Shown piece after piece: positions 14,653 to 27,784 of a stretch of DNA of 64,000 bases. The notes under the pieces are model-generated. The model saw only the letters and a program-made list of their open reading frames with translations, was not told where the DNA came from and made no database searches. The stretch comes from Paragordius varius. Lineage: Eukaryota > Animalia > Nematomorpha. Both the position numbers and the translations under genes were made by a program. Location: positions 434,001 to 498,000 of the forward strand of contig OZ176055.1 in the NCBI GenBank assembly GCA_964247055.1, written 5' to 3'. The stretch's first letter is position 1; every line of letters begins with the position of its first letter.

Positions 14653-16935
14653 TTAACATTGACACAAATCAACATAAATGCGGTGAGACATATGTTCCAT
14701 GGAGACAGAATCTTTTTATATTGTGCATAAATGATAACTTCATATTCTGAACTTGGATCGAGGTTTCGAAAACGATATGTTCTGGCCTTAAGCTAAAAAA
14801 ATGCATATTTTGTTATAAAAATTGGTATACCACGGAAAACATAAGAAAGTTATCAGAGATTTTAAATGATCAAACTGCGCTATAACTTACACTAAGTGCC
14901 ATAGTTTGAGCCTTTTCTCCTTCCACATTGGGTCGACTTAAAACAATATTTAAATGTTCAATCCCGTAAGCTTTAACTGTGTGATCGGAAAGAGGGTTAT
15001 CAATATAAACAACGAGATCTTTCGTCCTGCCTTCATTAGTGAGAGTAGAGGTTGCTCGACTAATTTTAGTAAAAGACTTGGTATCTATTGTTTAAAAAAT
15101 GTAAATGATAAATTAAGAATGTCTAGCCGTAATTATCAAAATATTAGATCATAGATTCATACCATTCTGTTCAAGTTTATATTCATCTCCGTTGACGATA
15201 ACTAAAGAATAATAAATAAAGGATATAGAACAAACCTTAAAATATTTTACAGTGAAGAGTTAGCCATATCATATTAGGGATGTGTATTTTTTTTAATGGG
15301 AAAAGTATATTTAAAAGCATGAAAGCAAGTAATGCATTTGTTTTCAAAAGACAACCATACTTTTAAACCTTGATTTATCCTATAAAAACATTTAATTACA
15401 ATCGAATACATTATTAAATGTTCTAACAATTAACATTTCTATATTATACTTTGTAGTTTAAAAAAATGAGTTACATTTAAAAAATCAAGATTAAAAAAGT
15501 CTAGTTGTCTTTTAAAATATTTGACTTTATATTTTCACGTTTTGTTCGTATAAGTTCAATTTTTACTGTAATAAAACTCAAAAAAATAATATAATATATA
15601 AAAATAATATGAGAAGAATAACCTTCAAAACGTAAATAATCTGCGAATAAGTACCCACAACATATACTCTTGGTTTGGAATCAAATTTTGCAATTTAAAC
15701 GTTGTGTCCTATACAGTAAATAAATTGAGTAGCAATGATTAATATATCACACAGTAAAAATTGCGATTCCGCGGACAAAACGTACGATAATAAAGATAAT
15801 TTTTATTTTTAAAAGACCGCTTCCTTTTTGAATTTCAGTTTTTCTTATATAAATTATTTTAAATATAAAATTGCGTTTACCAATGTACATCGCCATTTTA
15901 GACTTTGCAATTCGAAGCAAACAGTTAAAAATAAGGAATCAAGTTTAAAAAACTACAGTGGTCTTTTGAAAAAAAAATACAGTAAAAATTGAAATATAGA
16001 CAAAACCTAAAAATATAAAGACAAATATTTTTTTCTAAAGTACAACCATTATTTTTAAATCTGGATTTATTGAAATAAATCTCATTGTTTGTAAATGCAT
16101 AGTATTAAATAGAGATGTATATTGATAACATCAATCACAATTTTACTTAAATAGTTTATATCGGAAAAATTAAAGTTAAAAAGGGTACTGCGGTCTTTTA
16201 TAAAAAAAATATATATATATATATATATGTCATTATGATTTTACGTTTATCGGGTATAATTTTACGTTTTTACTGGATATTATTTTTCCATGAGGAATAC
16301 GTGCAAAATATTAACTAATAATAGAAGATTATACCATATTTTCAACGACGTTTTGTCTTGCGGGACCATTCGCTTCAGACAAATGAGAGTTGCATTATAA
16401 TACGGCCAAAGTTTATAAGGATACATCATTGGATTTTTGTTCATTCGGTTAGGTTTATCGAAAGAAGCCATCACTGAATAAGAAGGATGAGAACCCAGGC
16501 GAAATCCTGACATACAAAGTCTCAGATTTTGTACACCCATATCTACTGCGTCAGTAGTTTTGCATTCTAAATTAATTACGCATTGGGTGAATAATCTTAA
16601 AATGATGGTAAATATTAGATATTAATTTTAATTTTTTTTCATAAAATTATCAAATTATCTAATAACCCCTGTCATAATGAGCAACACTTGGAGACAACAC
16701 ATATATTTCAATCCTCCAATTCAAGTTATGACCATTTCAAATATGTGAGAAATTAATATTAATTAAAGACCTAGTGTCGCGTTGGGTAACCACATCCAAA
16801 AAATAATAAAATTTTTTAGAAAATTATTTAGATATAGATATTAAATTCCATGGTTATAGATCCTCTGCGCATCATACATTCTGATATTGTGATAATTAAA
16901 GCTAGGATAGTAAAAATAACCCTTATTGCAATCAT
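14653..16935 (-). pseudogene. FN3-gene copy B, pseudogene
   Basis: Exon 1 donor lost; exon 2 is 232 nt (vs 227, frameshift); exon 3 is 86 nt (vs 115); exon 6 has a 4-nt deletion. Confidence 0.85.
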
Positions 16936-17034
16936 ATTTGAATCAAATCGTGTGTGATATGCATTAATTTGAGCAAAAAAATGATATTATAACTTTTTAC
17001 AAAATTAGCGACTTATATATATATATATATATAA

Positions 17035-17985
17035 ACCATTTCCCAGTCAAAAAACGTTTTCCCAGTCAATTAAAACGTTTTTCCAGTCAATTGAAACGTT
17101 TTCCCAGTCAATAAAAACGGTTTCAATTTCGATGATAAGTATCAAAATTAGTCTTAATTCTTAAGAGCCCTCGAATAGGATATTATTTTTTATACACATT
17201 TATTGAATGCATTTTTTTTTTATTATAGGCCAATACATAACCATTAATGACTTATTCTTTACAATTTATATTTTATTAACTGGATGAGCATTGTATTTTT
17301 GAAATATAATTAAAAAATATTTTAAAATCTTTTTATTTTATCGAGGGTCGACATTTATAATCGGGTGTAACCTATAAAATCTATAACTTAGGGAGAAATA
17401 ATAAATTAAAAAATATACCATATTCATCTCAAATCATTTAACACTTCAAATCGGGTTTTAAATATTTGGCACTCTACCCTAATATAATCTATTTATCTTT
17501 TACACAAATATCCTTTTCATTTTTCATCTGAAAAATATTTTTTGTTTAGATATTCTTTTCCGACAGTGTTTGATCTAAAACTTTACACATCCGAAATTAT
17601 ATATTCCGCACCATCGATAAAAGAAAAAATTATTGAATATTTTCTTAAAAATACTCAAATTCCATAAAATATAACCTTTAAATAATATATGATTTTGTAC
17701 TGTTATGTAATTGGAAAAATTTCATTCAATAATTGTTAATAATTAAATCTTAATATTACTCTGATAATGGTTAAAAGTTATTTTTATATCTTGTTTTGAT
17801 ATTTTTCATCAAAACTAAAACCGTTTCGATTGATCGAGAAAATGTTTCGATTGATTGAAAAACCTTTCGATTGACTAAATGTTTCGGTTACTTTGACAAC
17901 GTTTCAATTTACTGGGAAAACGTTTCGATTGATTGAAAAATGTTTCGATTGACTGGGAAAATGTTTCGATTGACTTGGAAATGGT
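17035..17985. mobile_element. Foldback family 3 (21-bp CCCAGTCAATCGAAACGTTTT arms)
   Basis: ACCATTT...AAATGGT termini and inverted tandem arrays at ~17040-17120 and ~17820-17980. Absent from the homologous sites of copies A and C. Confidence 0.75.
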
Positions 17986-18984
17986 AATACCGTAGTCCAT
18001 TAAATATTTGTTTAAATTGTAACCTTGAGTAATTTTAAATTTTTGAGGAAAGGGGTGGGACGTTTTTAATTGAGATTTTTAGGCTAAGCTATTTTAAAGG
18101 TATGTAAATATTGATTAAATACCTATTAAATTTTGTATCATTGAATTAACGAAAGTATATTAAGCTAGCTATCAGGCAAACCTTGGGAGAAAATTTAATT
18201 GACGGAAATGCAAAATGCTATAAAATAAATATGATACTATGCATCTGTCAATATTAATTAGCTGTTCCAACATGAAGTAGAAAATGTATTACTTGGGCTT
18301 TTGATTAAAAAGCTTTTGAAAATTACTTCATCAATAAAGTTTTTTAATCCGATATTTGTCTATAATTTCTTTAATAAATTAGCAAACTACCCTTAGTTTA
18401 ATATATATATATTTGAAACTTTATGGACAAAACGTAATACAAAGACATTTTTTAAAAGACAACCATACTTTTTATAACTTGATTGTTTTCAATAACACTC
18501 ATTGTTTTAAACAAAGTATAAATAGAAATGTATATTGGTAACACAATCAATTACAAATTTACGATTGTTATAAATGGATTTTAATAGGATAAATTGAGGT
18601 TTGAAAAAGTATCGTTGTCTTTTAAAAAAACATCTGTCTTTTTCTATGTTTAAGTTTTATCCGTTTTTTAATTTTTTACTCTATATTACGGTTTCAGAAC
18701 AGGTTGATTTTAATTTTAAGTCTTATGAATATATATATTAACACCTCTATTGGAACTATTTCCATATAGAAATATCGCATAATTATCGCAATGTAGTTTT
18801 TTTTGATAATTAGAACTAAGGGTTTTTTTATAAGAGTTTTTTTTATTCATAAAACTTATCATAAAAAACGAAACCATATATCTATATCAAATTGTGAATT
18901 TGATACATAGAGCCAGCTAACGTTTTTGGATTCGGCTAGATATTTTAGAAAGAAAAATCTAGAATAATATTTTATAAATTGGAT

Positions 18985-19235
18985 AAGGGGTGGCCAACAC
19001 AAATGACTTTGCGGGCTGCATTCGCAAAATATATGAGAATAAACAAATATTTTATTACATTTCAAACATAAAACTGTAAAAACTATTATCTTTTTTCGCT
19101 AATTTATTGCCGAAATTCGGAAAATTTATTGAGATTTGTTTAAGAAAATCATTTTTATTAGATTTTGTTAATTTTTTTCTTAATTTGTCGCGGGCTGCAA
19201 AAATATTTTGAAGCGCAGCGTGTTGAACACACCTG
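18985..19235. mobile_element. Charlie-like hAT MITE
   Basis: AGGGGTGGCCAAC ... GTTGAACACACCTG ends with subterminal GCGGGCTGCA motifs. Similar pieces at ~41640-41680 and ~43805-44073. Confidence 0.5.
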
Positions 19236-20164
19236 TACTATACCATGAAAATTAATTGTTTTTCATAATGAAATTGCTAAATATAGTTAAGTCATATTCT
19301 ATGGTATTTTGGATGTATAATAGAACGGTATATTAGTTTAGTTTATACATATTTTGTCAATATATAATCTGATGATAAAAATTCTATTTGCTTTTAAATA
19401 TAAGCATATGTTTTTCACAACTATTTTACTTAAATTAAAGGCCAAAGCTATTTCTTGTGTAAATAAAATAATTTGCAAACAACATCGAATTATGTTACGT
19501 GTTTTTACCTGCTACCATAAATATAGATAAATTTTAAAACAATGTTTGAGATCTTTTATATAATTTATCTTTATGTCGTAATCAGGCATAAATTAATGTT
19601 TAATATCGGTCTGCCTTTTATTATTTACTTTAAATAATAAACCCAATGAGTAAAATTGACACTTTCAAACACCACAGTAAAATTGAAATTATACGGACAA
19701 AACGCAAAAATATAAAGACAAAATTTTCATTTTTTCCTATATAAACTATTTAATAAGATTGTTTGATTGTGCTTTACCAATATATATTTCTATTAAACAT
19801 ATTTCAGTTTACAACAATCAGTTATATTTGAAAAAGTATGGTTGTCTTTTAGAAAAAGATATTAATCTATATTTTTACATTTTGTCCGTATGATTTCATT
19901 CTGTAATTATTGTTAAAAAAAAATTAATTAATGATATGCGTTTTTGCCCGATAAACAGCACAATTAGCATCAAAATAAAATATCTTTAAGCTGAAAATCA
20001 AAATCCTGTTACCCTTTTCCATCCTACAATAAATATGTTATATCAAACAGGTAAAAAAAATTAAAACGGTTTTGGATTCCGTTGTTTATTGGGTCGTTTT
20101 GTCCTTGATAATTGCACATCATTTTTTGCAATTGACTCATATATATTTTCAAATAATAGATTAA

Positions 20165-22806
20165 TGTTGTTGTTGCTAAGGTCGATTTTGACTAACTGCA
20201 ACATTGAAAATAGAGCTTTTCCATTCACTGCGATTACCGGATCTGGTGTTTAGTTCGGATAATGATTGATTGGTTTCTTTGAGGATGTTATCCATCCAAC
20301 GAGTTCGTCTTCTCTCTCTTTTACGAGCACCACTCACTTTTCCCAGTATAAGTGACTTTTCAAATGGGTTGGCTATCAAAATGTGCCCGAAAAAGGAGAG
20401 TTTTTGCCGTATTAAACTGCCTAGAAGTGACATTTTTGGGTTAATTTTATTTATAATAGTGGTGTTTGCAAATTTTGTTTGTCCATTTTATTTGGAGAAG
20501 TTTCCTCCAAACTCATAATTCGAAAGAATTTATTTGACGTTCATCATATTTTTTCAGTGTCTAGCTTTCCCCCCCCATACATGAATGTGGGAAAAACTGT
20601 AGCCTTGATTAATCTGATTTTGGTTTTTGTTAAATGTCATGCGACATCCAAATCTTGTTATATTTAGTGACTGCTTTAGCAATAGCAATTCTTCGCTTTA
20701 TTTCTGGCGTAGAGTTGTTCTCACTGTTAATAATGTTACCTAAGTACGTGTAATTGCTTACTGTTTCGATCTGGTTGCCGTTGAGAATTATTGGATTTGT
20801 TTGAGCCAGATTTATTTGCATGACTTTTGATTTTTTGAAATTCATATTTAATCCAAATTTATTGCATTCAGTTGTAAACACTTGTTAGGCTTGCGATAAT
20901 GTGTCTAATAAGACTGTATCATCCGCATAATGAACGGATGTAAGTAGGTTTCCACCTACATTAATGCCATAAGTTTCTGGGATGGATCTTATTATGCATT
21001 CGAGGTATGCGTTAAAATGAATTGGGGATAAAACGCATCCTTGGCGAAGGCCGACTTGTACCTTACATGAGTCAGTTATACCGTGAGGTGTAGATATTAC
21101 AGCCGTGGAATTTAAATAAATTGAGAATATGACGTTGATTAGATGTGTTGATACCCCAAGTTGTTTTAGAGCTTTTCGTAATTTATTATGCTGGATGGAA
21201 TCAAATGCTTTGGAAAAATCGACAAAGCACATGTGCAATTCTTTGTTAAATTCGATGTGTTTCTCTAGTATCCACCTCATATTGCATATCATATCTCGGC
21301 ATCCTCTACCTTTTCGAAAACCAGCCTGAATCGTGGATATCTCGGGGTCAAGAATGGTATTTAGTCGAAACTGTATTATTTTTAAGAAAACTTTGGACCC
21401 CTGGTTTATGAGCGCTATGGTGCGATAGTTGTCGCACAGTTGTGGGTTACCCTTTTTTAAAATAGGAATCATAATGGATGTGCACCAATTCTCAGGAATT
21501 TTGTCCATCTCAAATATGGTTTGAAATAATTTGTTAAATATATCGATTGGGATATATTTTATTATTGTAGGGATGTCTCTGTGCCCCTCTGATTTGCCGA
21601 TACCAGAGTGTTTTATCGCGAGTTCCGCTTCTTCTCTCATAATAGGTGGTTCTTTTTTTGAGTAAGTTCGTTAATAGTCTGGGGGTTATTTACGTTGTAT
21701 AGTTTACTTATGTGTTTGTGCCAGAGTTTTAGAATTTCGTCTTTTTCAGTGGCGATTGAGTTGTTGTCGTTTCTCATAGTTCCCTTGTAAAAAACTTTTT
21801 TGTGTGAAATAATATTTGCATGGGCAAAAAGGTTTCGGTTATTTTTGGCGTCTGTTTCTAATTTTACATAGTTGGTCATAGTACTTATTTTTGTTCTCTC
21901 TTGCACTCTTCTGAAATTCACTGTTTAGTTGTTTGTATTCATCCCATTTGCATTTGATTTTGGATTCTCTACGTTTTTCTGCGATCTCGAGACTTTTGGT
22001 TGACAATTTTATTTTTTGTTTAGTACGTTTGAGAGGCTGTATAAATTCGTCAGATGTGTCTCTGCAAATTGTGTGTATAGCGTTGAAAAAGGAGTTTATA
22101 TCCTGATAGTTTTCGGAATTAAGATCAAGACACCCGAAACGATTTGATAAAGGGGTGCTAAACTTGTCGTCGATTGTATCATAATCTAATCCTGTTCTCG
22201 TGGGTTTGGATATTTTGAGGAGTTGTAATTTAATGCAGAGTTTGGCGATCAATAGGTTGTGGTCGCTGTAGCAATCCGATCCCGGTAGGCATTTGACATT
22301 ATGAAATGAACTTTTATATTTTACCATACCTAATATGAAGTCAATTTGGTTACGGTATTTTTGACACGAGGAACGCCATATGTAGAGACCTCGTTTGGGC
22401 TGTTTAAAAAAGGTGTTTGCGACGAAGAAACGATGGTTAGCACAAAATTCAATCAATCTGTCTCCTCTCTCGTTTTTTATGCCCAAGCCCATGCCGCCCG
22501 TCATAGGAGGTGTTTTATCTCTTCCGATGATTGAATTGAAGTCGCCTAAGATAAATATGATATCCTTTTTTGAGATTTGGGAAATCGCCAAGTCGAGATC
22601 GCTGTAAAATTTTTCACAGTCGTCATCGCTGTAAGAGGAGGTAGAAGCGTAAATTTGAAAGATAGTAATGGGTTTAGGGGATGCTTGTATGCGGATCGCG
22701 ATTATACGTTCATTGATTGGATTAAAAATGTCCGATAAGTTAGCTAGCTTTTTGTTCATTATTATACCGACACCGTTGTATTTTAACGAGTCGTGGCCGG
22801 AATAAT
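20165..22806 (-). mobile_element. RTE-clade non-LTR retrotransposon, 5'-truncated and frameshifted (AP endonuclease + reverse transcriptase)
   Basis: Endonuclease motifs LGDFN, NQIDF, SDH (21839-22759); RT motifs QAGFRKGRG, FVDFSKAFD, GLRQGCVLSP, YADD (20885-21640); RTE C-terminus with RRTRWMD; (CAA)n tail at ~20165. Frameshifts and a stop are present. Confidence 0.92.
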
Positions 22807-23087
22807 CCTGCTTAAAAATTTGTTATGGGTCTCAAAATTTAGCTCAGAGTCTTAATATTTGGTAGTTTATAAAAAGTATAAAATTATATTACGCATATTG
22901 ATTGAAATACGCCAATTTCAAGTCTTCTAAAGAGTCCCCCCAAAAATAAAAAACGTTTTTGAATATATATTTGTTTAATTCCTTTGAAATATATTGTATA
23001 AAATGTCAAATTGTTATCCGTTTTGTGCGAAAAAACTGTGATTCGATGTTGGCTAATAACAGCTAAACTTATAAAAATTGGTATTTT

Positions 23088-23520
23088 CAGTGGCGTAATA
23101 GGCGGATGAGGGGGGTTGATGCATCGGGCGCCATTGTTGAAAGGGCACCGGATTTTATAAAATATCAATTTTATTTCAAAAAAATAGGTATTTAAAAGTT
23201 ATTATTTTAGATAACGCATAAAAAATCGCCCATTTATGAGTGGTCATGACCTTCATTCATTTTGATGAATATTCTCCTTTAGTATAATCAATATTTAGAT
23301 GTAACCAACTGTTTCATATCCGTATTTATTATATCTATCCATTTTATCTCCAACTGCTTACCTTTGTTAATCTCAGCCTGCTCAAATCATTCATGGAACC
23401 AGTCCCGCTCATGGTTCGAAGATTATTTTTTTTTTAAAAAAAGCAAGGGGTTGCATAAAGAGAGGGGGGCGCCGTCACGATTCCCTTCACCGGGCGCAGA
23501 AATTTCAAGGTACCCCTCTG
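23088..23520. mobile_element. hAT-type MITE
   Basis: CAGTGGCGTA ... TACCCCTCTG ends, flanked by a 7/8 matching 8-bp TSD (GGTATTTT / GATATTTT). Confidence 0.65.
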
Positions 23521-23889
23521 GATATTTTAACCGAATTTTTTAATATTCGTAATTGGAAAGTTGTTAGATATATATATATATATATTACCTTTACAGTTAT
23601 TTTTAGACGTCTCATCCTTAACTGCTAATTAATATTGACAAATACATATTGAAACTGGTTTAGACAAGATTGTCGTATTTACTTAACATTAAATTTATTT
23701 GCACTTCCGTGAATCGAATTTTCTCTCAACGCGTGCCTGTCAGCTTAATAATCTATCGTTGAATCAATATTTATTAACCTTTAAAATAGCTCTTAGCAAA
23801 AATTGTAATTAAAATGATTGACCTTTAAATTGAAATTGCTCTCAAGGTTACAATCTTAGGCAAATATTTAATGGAGCAGTTGGTAGGGT

Positions 23890-23900
23890 ATATATATAAG
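23890..23900 (+). promoter_or_regulatory. Putative TATA box of FN3 copy C
   Basis: TATATATAAG about 80 bp upstream of the ATG, with a homologous TA stretch at the same position in copies A and B. Confidence 0.4.
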
Positions 23901-23977
23901 TTGCTAATTTTGTTAAAAATTATAATATCATTCATTTTTGCCCAAGTTAACATATACGCACACGATTTGATTGAAAA

Positions 23978-25978
23978 ATGATTGGAATAAGGACCATATT
24001 CGCTATCCTAGCTTTAATTATCGCAATGTCGGAATGTATGATGCGCAACGTACCTGTATCCAGAGAAATTCGTAAGGCATACTCAACACATTTTTATATA
24101 TAATAATCAATATGGTTGGTGCGATGATCTAAGTTTTCTGAAATATTATTTATCGAATTCAAAATGACCAAATTACAATAAAACTATGAGAAACCTATCC
24201 AATTTACAGCGTAGTAAAATGACTCTTGAGTATAAATATTAACTATAAAATGAAAATTGTTATTTTTCTTTTAAAATAATGTATAACAATTATATATTAG
24301 TTTGCGGATATAATTAAAAAAAATGAATAAAGTTTTTGTTTTTGGGCCATTATGAGGGTTTTAAAATACTGATAAACTAGTCTAGTTTATATATGTCAAA
24401 CATTTGTGCATTTTATCAAAAATAAAGTATAAAAAATGATATTCAAATTCTATATTAAAACCAATGTGAAATTTATTTAGAATGCAAAACTACTGAGGCA
24501 GCAGATATGGGTGTACGAAATCTGAGACTTTGCATGTCAGGATTTCGCACTATTCCTCATACTTATTATTCTGTGATGGCTTCTTTCGATGAACCAAAGC
24601 GAATGAATAAAAATCCAATGAAATATCCGTATCAACTTTGGCGGTATTACAATGCAACTCATTTGTGTGAAGTTAATGGTCCTGCAAGACAAAACGGCAT
24701 AAATATGGTATGAATTATTAGTTCACATTTTTCACCTATTTCCTCATGAGATAAATTTTAATAATGTACATTAAAACATTAAAAATGTACTGACAAAACG
24801 TAAAAACATAAATACACATATTTTTTTAACAGACTGTTGTACTTTTTAAACTTGATTTTTTTATAATATACGTCTTTGTTTTTAATGGCAAAGTATGAAA
24901 TGGAGATTTAACTTGGTAACACAATCATTTATTATATATTTTAAAATTGTAAAATAAGCTATGTGAAGGTTCAAAAAGGTATGACGATCTTATGAAAAAA
25001 ATTTCTTATTTTTACGTTTTGTCCGTATAATTTCAATTTTTACCGTAATATATTTGTCATTGCTAATACCAAATTTATTAACTGTATAGGACACAACGTT
25101 TGAATTGAAAGATTTGGATCCAAACCAAGAATACATGTTATGGGTGCGAGCATCGCAAAAGAATATTGCACGCGGATCGTTTTCAGATTATTTGCGATTT
25201 AAAGGTTTATCTCATATTATTATTATCATACCGTAACTAGACCAGCCATGTCATAATGGTTAGTATAAGAGTTATTTAATTGGTGAATACAAATCCATAC
25301 TTGATGCATTTATAAAAAATATTTCCAATGTTAAAGAACTTTTACTTTACCAATTTAATATGGCTCTTTCCTCTAATATTTGATAATAACCTGTTTTTTA
25401 TATTCCTCTAGTCACACGCAACGGAGATGAATATAAACTTGAACAGAATGGTATGATTGATAATTATAAATAGTTGATAAATCATCCTTATATTTTTAGC
25501 ATAAATCATTAAATATATTATAAACGATAGATATTTCCAAATCTTTTGCAAAACTTGGTCGAGCAACCTCTACTCTAACAAATGGAGGCAGGACAAAAGA
25601 TCTCGTTGTTTACATTGATAACCCTCTTTCCGATCATACAGCTAAAGCTTACGGGATTGAACATTTAAATATTGTTTTAAGTCGACCCAATGTGGAAGGA
25701 GAAAAGGCTCAAACTGGAACGCTTAGTGTAAGTTATACAGCAGTTTGATTAAATAAAATCTCTGATAACTTTCCTATGTTTTCAGTGGTATGTCATATTT
25801 TTTTATTTTTTACATGATATGCATAAAATTATAGCTCAAAGCTAGAACATATCGTTTTCCAAACCTCGATCCACGTTCTGAATATGAAGTTATCATTCAT
25901 GCGCAATATAAAAATGGCGATTCTGCCTCCACGGAACACATGTCTCACCGCATTTATGTTGATTTGTCTCAATGTTAA
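23978..25978 (+). CDS. Secreted two-FN3-domain protein, copy C (exons 23978-24071, 24481-24707, 25090-25204, 25412-25450, 25531-25727, 25835-25978; 271 aa)
   Basis: 816-nt spliced ORF, all introns GT-AG. Signal peptide MIGIRTIFAILALIIAMSEC, two FN3-like domains, terminal Cys, no TM segment. Confidence 0.87.
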
Positions 25979-27277
25979 ATCTATAAGTTGTAGAGACTAT
26001 ATTGAAAAATAAATTGTACTTTTTATAAAAAGTGAAATATGTATACATTTAGAAACATATATTATAATCAAAAAGCATGTAATTTTTTAGAAAGTTTTAA
26101 TTAATTGTGAGTACCAAATGGGCAAGTTTACTAAAAATATACAAAAATGCTGAGAATTTGCCATCAGAGAATGTCATCTTATGGTTGATGACCTCAAAAA
26201 AATTATATTTGAAAAATGGCAAACTATGTTTTAAAATTTTGATGATCCGTGTTTTAAGGTATTTCGGAGCATTGTAAAAAAAGACCACTATAGTATATTG
26301 CAATTAAGCTTTTACCACATAATATAATGATGCTGAACATTTTTATCGACATCAAAATTAATTTTGATTAAAGGATAGGTTGGTAAATTTTAGTTAATAA
26401 AATGGTGTTTTTCAGAAAAAAGGGAAAGTTGAGAAATTCAGAGTTGATAGAAATATTGAGCATCGTTGCTTTATACCGAAATTTTTATTATGTCAGTTCA
26501 TACAGCTAGTAATGAAACAGTAGTTGAAAAAATTATTTTACTGAAACTAAGTCTGGCATGTACCGTAAAAATCGAAATTATACAGATAAAACGGTAAAAT
26601 ATAATGACTATACCGTTTCCATGATACCTAAAAATATTATGAAATACCCTCTATTCAACAAAATTTTGCAAAAAATTAAATTTTTTAATCAAACATTTTT
26701 TCAAAAATTATATTGGTTTCATAACATATATTAAAAAAAGTCTTGGCCTTTTAGCGTTTATATTATAAACTAGCCCGTTTTAGAGAGGTGCGAAAATTTG
26801 AAACTTTAGAAACCCATATGTAAAAATTTATTTTTTTGTATATATAGATTTGCTTTATTTATAGAGTTAATGATATATTTTAATTATATTTCATGGAATG
26901 AAGCATCAACCTTTCACAAAAAAAAACAAATTTAGGATAATGTTCGCTAATTTTGCGTATTCCAGATAAGGCAATCACAACAATGTAATCGTTGTAAATA
27001 ACTAGTAAGGCCAAAACTAAAAGCACTCCGATGCATTTTATTCTTTTAAACTATGTTTTATATCAGGGTATTTATTTTTGTAAACTGTGTACATGCTACA
27101 TTTTAAAAAATGTTTTTTTTGGATCTTTACGAGTCATCAGTGTTTATAAAAATATTTAACTCAAATGGATTCGCAGGCTGAATTTTTGACTAAAAAATCG
27201 GTGGGCCGCACACAAAAACTAGATCATTAATTATTGTCAGATTTTAAAGATATAATTCGAAAATAATTGCTAACACA

Positions 27278-27784
27278 TGCCATTTACAATTCAGAGTGTC
27301 CTTAAACACTCCAATTTAATCTTTGGACATCTTACACTTGAAGTTGGTCATTGAATACCTCAAGTTAGTCTTTGAACATTTCAAGTTGGTCTTTAAGAAG
27401 TTGGTCTTAACCGCGTATTATTCTAATATGCTATCATTTTTAACGAACTCTCTTGTTTTAACCAAACTTGTAAATCAATCTGGAATAAATATCTTTATTA
27501 AGTTTAATATATTTTACTTTTATTAAGATTTTAACATATAATCGAAATTTTTTGGGTTATTGATTAAAATTTTTTGTTGAAAACATTTATAATTGAATAA
27601 TAAATGGAAAAAAATAGTTCGAAAAAAAAATTAGTTTTTATATAAAAATATTAATTTCAAATAAATAAATATATAATAAATCAAGAAAATTCGGTAAAAA
27701 ATAAATAAAATAAATAAATACATACTTAAAGTGTTTAACGACCAACTTGAAGTGTTCAGGGGCACTCTTGAAGTACAAATGGTA
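27278..27784. mobile_element. Foldback family 2 (21-bp AACATTTCAAGTTGGTCTTTG arms)
   Basis: TGCCATTT...AAATGGTA termini with inverted 21-bp units. A partial inverted copy lies at ~12290-12540. Confidence 0.65.

Noticed and set aside
15623-16566. Apparently compensating indels in copy B (+5 in exon 2, -29 in exon 3, net multiple of 3)
   Set aside because: The shifted frame hits TGA early in exon 3, and the exon 1 donor is also lost.
20270-22607. Plus-strand ORFs inside the LINE (and 37316, 37801 inside the GPCR)
   Set aside because: They are antisense shadows of real coding frames.
25786-25787. Possible 2-nt micro-exon (ttcag TG gtatgt)
   Set aside because: Exons 5 and 6 already join in phase, and the AG is not conserved in the paralogues.
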